Shown here: positions 10,801 through 19,600 of the stretch, piece after piece
Layout: every line of letters begins with the position of its first letter
Position numbering within the stretch: the first letter of the stretch is position 1
Assembly: GCA_964342815.1 (NCBI GenBank)
Contig: CAYFHS010000010.1
Coordinates: 58,379 to 122,378 of the forward strand
Length of the DNA: 64,000 bases
DNA from: an uncultured archaeon
GTDB lineage: Archaea; Thermoplasmatota; Penumbrarchaeia; JASLWR01
Direction of reading: 5' to 3'
The notes under the pieces: model-generated
Database searches by the model: none
Told to the model about the DNA's origin: nothing
Seen by the model: only the letters and a program-made list of their open reading frames with translations
Made by a program: the position numbers and the translations under genes

Positions 10801-12008
10801 GGATCTGTGAAATTCCATTCCAGAGTGGGGGTCGAAGTACCCTGCCATACTTCCGAATTCGGCTTATTCGGTTCCGGTTGGCTCACCAGATCATACTCTA
10901 TTATTACCTTGTATATCGCTGGAGATATCTCCGGATCATTCGTCCTCATGGTGGCGTTCCATCTCAGCTTTGATCCCTGGAATTCGAATATATGGTTCGT
11001 TGCATTCTCCATGGTCACCCAGTGTTCATCATCCACTGTCATATTGTAGATGATACTGGTACCAGGCGGTGTGTTCTCATACCAGATGATTCTCGCTGCC
11101 CCGATGGTCGGCATCTTATTGTGAATGATGTGGGAATGTATGTATCCCAGCTTCTTGTCGCCGGAGAACATGCTGCCAGGTAGCTCAATTGCCATAACGG
11201 CCAAAGTCTGGGAACCTTGATGATTGCTTTCCTCCCGAAGCGGTGTGCGCCCGTCCAGCTCCGTGGCCATCCCAACAGCGTTTGCATTGGTCCAATCGTT
11301 GCAGGTCTGCCCGTTTACAAATTGTCCTCTTACATTCGAGCCTGTCCAGCCGTCAGCATCCGACCAATCGGGATTGGCACCGGTATTCTCATTCACTTCA
11401 CGGTTAACAAAGGTTCTTAAATATCCTCCATTGGACCAGCTTGGATTGTCACCCTGAAATATTCGGTTCCAATTGTTATACATGGCGTTCTTGTTTCGGT
11501 CTACTATTGGCATGTTGGATGCATAAGGCTCAGGTATGATATCCTTCATGTGCTGCTGCGATGAAGACAGCATTGCCTTCCAGCGAGAGGCCCCGAATCC
11601 CTGCTGCGCAGCATTCTGGTTGACCAGACTATCAGCTCCTGCAATACCACCCATATTTCCATTGTGGGCATTGTCCATGGCTGTGAAAATGAGCTTTCCG
11701 GGGAATGTTTCCGTCCCTCCCAGAAACACGATACCCCGGCTGGTATCCACTCCTGCGCTGGTATTTGTAAGGTCGATCCCTTCGGCGTTATCGAAATCCT
11801 CCACAATAACGTTTCCGTAGCGCGTTCTCAAAGAAGATTCGCCTGAAGTTCCCGCATTATCGTACCCTGCGATCACAAAGGCATCGGTTGGGATCGGATC
11901 GCTCTTATATGGAAAGGAACTGTTAAGAAATAAAATTAGTAATGTGATGGAAAGCAGGGAAACCATCAATCTGGTCTTATTTTTATCTGAAAACCTCATA
12001 GAGACCAA
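7848..12008 (-). CDS. Surface adhesin-like paralog P3 (1386 aa) with an endostatin/DUF1554 (C-type-lectin-fold)-like tip domain
   Basis: Same carrier, stalk, TM and tail as P2. Tip motifs NGNMGGIAGAD, WKAMLSSSQQ, MPIV, WNRIFQG, WTGS..G, TCNDW, VMAIE. The start may be ATG 11999. Confidence 0.92.
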   Translation of the reverse strand: MVSMRFSDKNKTRLMVSLLSITLLILFLNSSFPYKSDPIPTDAFVIAGYDNAGTSGESSLRTRYGNVIVEDFDNAEGIDLTNTSAGVDTSRGIVFLGGTETFPGKLIFTAMDNAHNGNMGGIAGADSLVNQNAAQQGFGASRWKAMLSSSQQHMKDIIPEPYASNMPIVDRNKNAMYNNWNRIFQGDNPSWSNGGYLRTFVNREVNENTGANPDWSDADGWTGSNVRGQFVNGQTCNDWTNANAVGMATELDGRTPLREESNHQGSQTLAVMAIELPGSMFSGDKKLGYIHSHIIHNKMPTIGAARIIWYENTPPGTSIIYNMTVDDEHWVTMENATNHIFEFQGSKLRWNATMRTNDPEISPAIYKVIIEYDLVSQPEPNKPNSEVWQGTSTPTLEWNFTDPDKGDHQSDYLLEIYSELEMNTMVYNTTWLNSTEPKHVLVKELEDGTYYWRVRTKDIYHAPSNFSILKKILIDVTKPIGNITIEDGALSVNEQLVDIAIKASDNGSGIADMQITGDRGNVGPWEEFKSGKRVSLTPKDGIKKIRVRFRDHAGIVSDEFNDTVYFDLTGPFDIEVSSSTHPDDQMYYNSTLPVFSWDPPYEVTGIKGYSYTVDSTPLSEPTKVLYSQNSDLVETSPGEFAGLSEGIWYFHITPCDVYDQWGNTTHFQFNIDSVPPVVSQIVTSSGDWHGTTEILSQVTFLDPEGFGLDEESLAYTYRKSGENSFTAWTDDGIEFEVLERSTEKNPLKVRAWASIELNEGAENAVMWRITDMSGNGPTLSEKLQIKVDLSPVTFSDPLPAFDEVSSETSVSIGINIDDSGGSGVDGKTIEYSTSKYGDDEKYFINWTNINYNLVKETMDLLMDIQFEPGRDNYVKWRAKDAVGNGFAESEAFRVWVNSAPVPVIDRPYDGETFEEGSIIHLNATGTEDNEGDELNYYWEIKGKTTKKIHFKGYGIGTQTTLAQVGKYLLYLYVNDGYGFNESVKLTIEVTPKPTESEVEERWDDTTDSDGDELPDWWEKLNGLDPDNPNDATTESKEKYDAELREHQVKSGPEKSLLSDYWWLLVIGAAVVIILIIMIIIIAVRKKRKKEREQKGELPRLRASQGSYPPSVGAYYQPPHSNTATGYQAQAVSGTPYGGATGYGQGNFPQSGGGYAPTTSGQMPSYQAPYAGGGQQLPLAANQLSPTGSTYNPPALPAPRVAQIGAAPLSPGIPNYSLPEFSTERGTMNLNRMALPPAPEDETGTVGAFDPSTAMPAQEPLSFDALPGTMADPQPVAPVPEIPPSVPSSSPAVPQVVPRSPQPLISTAKSADDLLNDIFGQRQSGELPLPPAEPPLPTQSPPAPEIPPTPSPQSIPCHACGAVNQVTTNVRPAVVICSSCGVQGFAV

Positions 12009-12203
12009 CTAAAAACTAACACGGTAAACAAGATATTTCATTTTTTCTCAATATGTTGTCATAAGAGTGAACTTTAACCAGTTGTAAGGCATCGGAGAGT
12101 CATCAATGTTGCGTGCTCATTAATGATGGTATTTCAGAATGACTGCTTTTTTTCGAAAATAAAATCAATTGAAATAGGGTTAGGCCGAGATCGCCGTCCA
12201 ATT

Positions 12204-15200
12204 TTATTGTGCGAGATATATCTGGGTGCCGCAGGAAACACAGGTCACGGTGGTGGGTCGTACGGCAGTCATAACCTGATTCATGGAGCCGCAGCCATGA
12301 CATTGTATACTGGGCAATTGCGGAATACCCGGGATAGGAGGAGGAGAAACCATATCCGGTACCGGAGGTTCGGGAGAAGATAAACCTGGGGGCGGCGACG
12401 AAAAGATATTGTCCAGTGGACTCGAACCGCCTTCCACCGGTACCGCCGGAGCGGGCGTAGGGGGCGCTTCCGGGGAGGGTGTTGAATTGATTCCCGGTAA
12501 AGGCGGTATGTAGATAGGCTGCACCGCACCTGATTGCTCGAATGCGCCAGGCAAACCTTTTCCACTTGTTCCGTCGCCTGCAATTGGGATTTGCCCCCCT
12601 GGGGATGTTTCCTCGGGAGGTGCAGGGGGAAGGGCCATGAGATTGAGGTTTTGAGTCCCCTGTTCGGAGGTGAACGCTGGCAGGCTGTATGCTGGCGGGG
12701 TGAAAGACGGTGAAGCTGACTGAGCTTCGGTTCCCTGTGCAGTGGTTATAGGGCTCTGAGGTGGAATGGCCATGTCCTGCACGGGCTGTATTTCCGCCGG
12801 TCCCGTGTACATTGGAAGAGCGGGTCTTTCAGGTACAGGGCTAGCACCTGCTGCAGGTGGCAGTTGTGCCATGGGATACTTCATATAATTTGGCTGACTT
12901 CTTTCCTGTCCGCTTCCCCACCCACCACTGCTTCCATAAGCGGGAGAGTACGCGGACTGAGATTGGTGGGAAGCATACATCTCGGAATACTGCGGATTAT
13001 GGAAATCCCTGGAACCAATTGGATACGGCTCGGGAGAATAGCGCTGCTGTAAGGCGTTTTCCATCTCTTTTTCTTCTTCTTCCTTCCTCTTCTTTTTCGC
13101 CACAATGACTATTATTCCAACGATCAAAGCCACTATGATAAAGCCCACTATAAGAAGAACCCACCAGTACCTCGACAGGAGGTTTTCCTCCCCGACTTCC
13201 GCACCCATATGTTCTGACAGTTCAACTCGATAAAGATCCTTTTGTTCATCAGAACCGTCGTTGGGATTGTCCGGATTCAGCCCATTGAGTTTCTCCCACC
13301 AGTCCGGGAGCCCGTCGCCATCGCTGTCAGTTGTATCCTCCCATCGTTTTATAATATCGATACCGGTGGGCTTCGGAGTAACCTCAATGGTAAGTTTTAA
13401 GCTCTCGTTGAAGCCGAGTCCGTCATCCACATGAAGGTACACCGAATACTTACCCTGCTGATCCAGTGCTGTGCTTGCATCGGGCCCCCAGCCTCTGAAA
13501 ACGATCTTTTTACTGGTCTTGCCCTTTATCTCCCAGTAATAACTCAGTTCGTCCCCCTCGTTGTCCTCCGTCCCGGAGGCATTCAGGCGGACAGCGGCGC
13601 CTTCTTCGAATTTCTCGTCGTCGTATGGTAGGGCGATGACCGGCGTCGGGGCAGAATTGACCCAGACCCTGACTGCATCGGACACGGCGAAATCGTTCCC
13701 CACCGCATCCTTCGCACGCCACTTTATATAGTTGTTCCGACCGGGTACGAACTCTATATCCTGCAGGATCACCAGGGTCTCCTTTACCATATTGTTGTTG
13801 GGATTTGTCCAGTTTATAAAATATTTCTCGTCGTCCCCATATGCGGAAATCGAATATTCCACAGTCTTTCCATCCACACCGCTTCCACCAGTATCGCTGA
13901 TGGTCAGACCTGCTGAAACCAGGGTATTCTTGGATACCTCGTCATGGGCCGGAAGCGGGTCGGAGAAGGTCACTGGGGTAAGGTCCACTTTGATCGCATG
14001 CCGTTCGCTTTCGATGGGTCCGTTCCCTGAAATATCGTTTATACGCCACATCACGGCATTCCTGTCCCCTTCTACTAGATCGAGCTCAACCCATGCCGTG
14101 ACCTTCACAGGATTGTCATCGATACCTTCTTCCAGTACATCGAATTCTATTCCATCACCGGTCCATCCAGAGAATGTTCCCTCGCCGCTTTTCCGGTATG
14201 AATAGGCAATACTTTCAGTATCCAGACCGTAACCGTCTGCGTCGGTGAAGGTGGCCTCGACGCGGATTTCGGTGCGTCTGTACCATTCGCCGTCCAATGG
14301 AGAAATCTCGGAGATCGCCGGAGCTACGCTGTCTATGTTGAATCTGAAATGGGTGGTATTACCCCATTGATCGTAAATGTCGCAGGGAGTGATGTGGAAA
14401 TACCATTTTCCCTCGCTCAGTCCCGCGAACTCCCCAGGATAGGTTCCCGTAAGATCGCTGTTCTGGTTGTAAAGCACTTTGGTGGGTTCGGTGAGAGGGG
14501 TACTGTCCACCGTATAGGAATATCCTTTTATGGCGGTCACTTCATAGGGTGGGTTCCATGAGAAGACAGGAAGCGTGCTGTTGTAATACACCAGCTGGTT
14601 AGGGTGAGTAGGAGAGGTCACATCGATATCGAAGGGTCCTTTGAGATCGAAGTATATGGTATCGTTGTAAAGCTCGGAAACGATACCTGCGTTGTCCCGG
14701 AACCTCACGCTGATCTTTTTCAGGCCGTCGAGAGGGGTGAGAGCGATACGTTTTTCGGTCTTATATTCCTCCCACGGCCCTTCGTTCCCCCGGTCCCCAA
14801 TGATCTGCATATCTGCTACGCCCGATGCGTTGTCCGAGGCATAAATGGCAATGTTGACCAGTTTATCGTTAACAGAGAGGATATCCTCCTCTATGGTGAT
14901 GTTGCCGACGGGTTTCGTCACATCGATCTTGAAACTCTTAATGACCGAGTAATTGCTGGCGACGTGATAGACGTCCTTGGTTCGAGCCCTCCAATAATAT
15001 ATGCCATCCTCCAGCGCTTCGGTGATGGTGTGCTCTGTAAAAGTTGAATTCACCCATGACGAATTGTAAACCTGATTGGTCAGTTCCTCATCGTCGAATA
15101 TCTCAACCTGGTATTCGGACTAGTGGTCGTTCTTATCAGGGTCTGTGAAATTCCATTTAAGCTTCGGTGTTCGAGTGCCCTGCCAGACCTCGGATGTTGG

Positions 15201-16451
15201 TAGATGGGGCTGGGGACTGCTGAAGAGATCGTAGTCGATGACCACCTTGTCGATGTAAGGGCTGATGCTTTTATCGTTGGTCTTTATGGTGCCGTTCCAC
15301 CTCATGGGCGACCCGCGGTGTTTGAATACGTGGGTGGTTCCGTTCTTCATATTGACCCAGTTCACCCCGTCCAGGGTCAGTTTGTACTCGACATCGGTAC
15401 CCTGGGGCTTGTGCTCGTACCAGGTCATCTTGGCGGCGCCAATTGTCTTGGTGTCATCGTAAAGTATCTTGGACTGGAAATGTGTTATGTTTGTTGGAGG
15501 TTCAACGTCATCACCGAGATAGGCGTTTCCGTCACTGATCTTATACTTCAAGACGTTTGCGTTGTTGGATGATACACAGTAGTTCTCGCCGTCGAATGCA
15601 GAATTGTAGATATTCGTCTGAACCCTGAATTCACCTATCTTCTGATTGTTGTGGGGGGTGAACATTGCCACTCTCTGGTAGTCCCGATTGTAGCCTCCGA
15701 TATACAGAATACCATTGGCAAAAGCCATGGTCCCATAATCATAGCATGTGGCGCCTATACCCCATGTTCGTACATGCTGACCATTGTCCTTTCTTAGAAC
15801 GTAAACATTGCTGTCATACCACCTCATTGCATAGACATAGGTATCATCACAGCATACGGAACCCGCCGTGCTGCCGAGGTTGTATGACCATATCTGATTG
15901 TTTCCCCTGTCACTCCATTTGTAAATCCTGCGGTTCCCCCAGTTCGCGGTATAATAGGTGCCGTCCTTGTCACCCCAGAGCTGCATCATCTGGTTCGACC
16001 CGGAATTGAAAGTACCCAAATACTGCCCGGCCCTGGTATACCTGTAGATGGTGCTTCCCGACCAATGAGGATACCAGAACTCATTATATTTCGGGCTGAA
16101 TCCCCCGCCGTGAGAACGCGTATCCATATTCATTGATCCCTCGTTTGTTGGCGGGATCACAGGGCTGCTGCCCCAGAGATAGGCTCGGCAGTCCATGCTG
16201 CGAACAGAGCATGTAGTGTTGGACCGGTCCACCATGGTGTAGTTGTTGAAATCCTCCACAACTCGATTCGCAAAGCGCGTGCCGGATAACTCCGCGTCCG
16301 GGGCCAAGACCTTTTCGATAACAGTATCTTTAGGTCTTTCAATGGATGACCCGTGAAAAACCAGGAGAAGCATCATGATAAATACGACAAAAGCAAACGT
16401 TTGTTTCAACAAACCTTTTTCAGTGAAGAAAGACTCAATTGGCATATGCAA
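12204..16451 (-). pseudogene. Paralog P4 (1415 aa if read through), interrupted by one in-frame TAG at 15120-15122
   Basis: ORFs 15120..16451 and 12204..15053 are in the same frame. The junction reads DPDKNDH*SEYQVEIFDDEELTNQVYNSSWVNSTF, and P1, P2, P3 and P5 all have Gln at the * position. AGGTGA SD precedes the start. Confidence 0.85.
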
Positions 16452-16487
16452 TCACCTAAGACACCGGTGTGAGAAATGATGGTCCGA

Positions 16488-16582
16488 ATACACGTTAAAA
16501 TTATTTGGTGAGACCATCAAAATTTATTATAGATCGGCTTTATCTTTCTTCGTACTTATATATTTTTCATCTCTACCTCGAA
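16488..16582 (-). promoter_or_regulatory. Putative promoter elements upstream of P4, conserved upstream of P2
   Basis: ATACACGTTAAAATTAT and tatctttcttcgtacttatatatttttcatctctacctcgaa align with 7584-7600 and 7666-7708. Confidence 0.5.
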
Positions 16583-16660
16583 ATTAATTTATTTTGATAT
16601 TTGAATTTAGGTCTAAAAAAAAGAGAGAAATATTTATTCAGTTTTTTTATTAAAAACCAC

Positions 16661-19600
16661 TCAAGGAGCTGGAGGTTTTGGGGGCGGTTGCGGAGAGGTT
16701 TTGGGGGTTTTCGGACCGAAAATATCGTCGAGAACATCGTCCTCGGTGCTCATGGGGGGAGCAGCATGGGATTCCATTGATTCAGGAGGCGAAACAGCAG
16801 GGGCGACCGATCCGGATTGGGCTTCCGACCATTTTGTTGAGGGTGAGGGGGGAGATATTACTGGGGATCCGGAAACGGTTACTGGATCGGGTGTAATATG
16901 TGAGGCTGATGGAGGTGCTATCACGGTGGGTTTGGGCATGCTTGTGGGCTCACGTGTTCTGGGTGATGGTGTTGGAGGTTCTATCACCGTGGATTTTGAC
17001 ATGCTTGTGGGCTCAGGTGTTCTGGGTGATGGTGTTGGAGGAGATATAATGGGGGTTTCAGAGACTAGTCTTGGATCAGGTGTTATCGGTGATGAAGGTG
17101 CTATTACCGTGGGTTTGGACATACTTATGGGCTCGGGTTTTATGGGTGTTGGTGTTGGGGGAGATATATTGGGGTATTTAGAGACTGGTATTGGGTCAAG
17201 CGTTATGGGTGATGGTGTTAGGGGAGATATAATGGGGTTTTCAGAGACTGGTGTGGGATCCGATGTAATTTGTGAGGCTGATGGAGGTGCTATTATTGTG
17301 GGTTTGGACACGTTGATGGGCTCCGGTTCAACCGGCGATGCTGTTGTGGGTGATATTGCAGTGGTCTCCGGGACCATAGTAATTGGTATGAGTGATTCCA
17401 CAGTCTCCGAAGGGTAGGTTGGCTCCTCGAAGGTTTTTTTCATCTCCTCATCCCCCGCTGCAGGGGGAAGTGCCAATCGATTTAGGTTTATGGTACCTTG
17501 CTCCGATGTGAAAGAAGGTAAAGAATATTGGGGCGGGGTCGGCGAGCTGATCACTTGTTCATACTGTTGTCCCTGCTGAGCGGGCTGGATTGAAGGAGTC
17601 ACGGGAGAAATTACATTAGAAGGTTGTTGTACGGGAAAGATCTGTTGCTGCGCTACAGGGACCTGTGAAGCCATGGGAAGGGCAAGAGGCATATGTCCGG
17701 GCCCCGTAGAACCGGCAGACGGCAGCTGAGGATAAGTATCCGGACGGCCCCCGAATTGCGTGTTCGCCCCTTTTGAGGATCCCCAGCTCGAGAATTGTGT
17801 TCCATAAGCCGGATGTGACTGGTAAGTGTTTGTCATCTGCGAATATTGGGGTGGGTAAAAATCCCTGCTTCCAACCGGGTACGGTCTCTCCGGAGCTATT
17901 CGATTTGGCATGGCGTTTTCCGTTTCTTCTTCCTTCTTCCGCTTATTTTTTGCCACAACAACGATACCGATGATCACTATTAAAATTAGTGCACCGATGA
18001 TAATCAGAACCCACCAGTATTTTGAGAGCAGACCTTCCTCCGTGATTTTAGCGCCTTTTTGTTCATCCAATTCCCTTTTGTAGGTTTGTTTCATCTCCTG
18101 GGTCGCGTCATGGGAATCATTTGGATCAAGGCCGTTCATTTTCTCCCACCAGTCCGGCAGCGAGTCCTCGTCGGTGTCAGTAGTATCCTCCCATCTCACT
18201 TCAGCTTCTTTTCCGGTAGGTTTCGGTTCGATCTCAATATCCAGCTTCACGCTTTCATTGAAACCATAACCGTCGTCCACGTGTAAATAGACCAGGTATT
18301 TACCCGGTTGATCCAATGTTGCCTGTGTCTCCTTCTGGTATCCTCTGAATACGATCTTCTTGCTTGTTTTTCCCTTTATCACCCAGTAGTAACCAAGCTC
18401 GTCTTCCTCGTTGTCATTGGTCCCTTCGGCACTCAGGCGAATTGAAGAACCTTCCACGAAGATCTCTTCATCATATGGCGCGTCGATCACAGGCTCCGGG
18501 GGTGAGTTGATCCATACCTGGCTCGCTTCGGACACTGAATAACCATTTCCCACTGCATCCCTTGCCCGCCATTTAATATAGTTATCACGACCCGGTTGAA
18601 ACTCAATATCCACCAATATGTTCAAACTCTCTTTGATCATGTTGTTGCTCATACCCGTCCAGTTGACAAAGTTTTCATCGTCGTTACCCCAGGCGGATAT
18701 GGAATACTCTACGGTCTTTCCGTCCACACCGCTGCCGCCCATATCGGTGATCGTGATACCTGCGGACACTGTAGTTTCCGTGGATATCTCATCATCCGGG
18801 ATCGGATCGGAAAAGGTTACCGCGGTTAGGTCCACCTTGACCGCCCGCTTTTCGCTGTTCACCGGTCCGTTGCCGGACATATCGGAAACACGCCATATCA
18901 CAGCATTCCGGTCACCTTCATTGAACACGATATCGGTCCATGCCCTGACCTTGACGGGATAACCTTCTTCCCCGTCCTCCAGTATTTCAAAATCCATCCC
19001 GTCGCTGTTCCAACCCGAAAATGTTCCCTCCCCGCTCTTTCTGAAAGAGTAGGCAATACTGTTGGTATCGAGCCCGTAGCCGTTTCTGTCGTAAAATGTT
19101 GCTTCAGTTCTTACACTGGTGGTCCCGAACCAGACATTCACAGATGGAACAAGCTCGGAAACCACGGGAAGGACGCTGTCGATGTTGAATTGAAAATGGG
19201 TGGTATTACCCCATTGATCGTACACGTCACAGGGTGTGATATGGAAATACCAGGTTCCCTCCCCGAGTCCGGCAAATTCACCTGCATATGTTCCGGTAAG
19301 GTCCCCGTTAGGGGAATAAAGCACTTTTGTAGGCTCCGTAAGAGGAGTGCTGTCCACAGTGTACGAATATCCCTTGATACCCGTAACCACATACGGAGGC
19401 TCCCAGGAGAATACCGGGAGCGTGCTGTTGTAATAGACCAGGGATTCGGGGTGGGTGGAAGATGAAATTATAACATCGTATGGTCCCTTGAGATCGAAAT
19501 AGACCGTATCATTGAAATCTTTCGAGATTATACCGGCATGGTCCCGGAACCTGACACTGATTTTTTTCAGTCCGTCAGTGGGAGAAAGAACTATTTTTTT

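Noticed and set aside
16838-17326. Possible CRISPR array (regular ~63 nt periodicity)
   Set aside because: The units are degenerate, in frame and coding. There are no identical direct repeats with unique spacers and no cas genes.
16701-17417. 238 aa Gly/Val-rich plus-strand ORF
   Set aside because: It is the antisense reading of the Pro-rich tandem repeat in P5.
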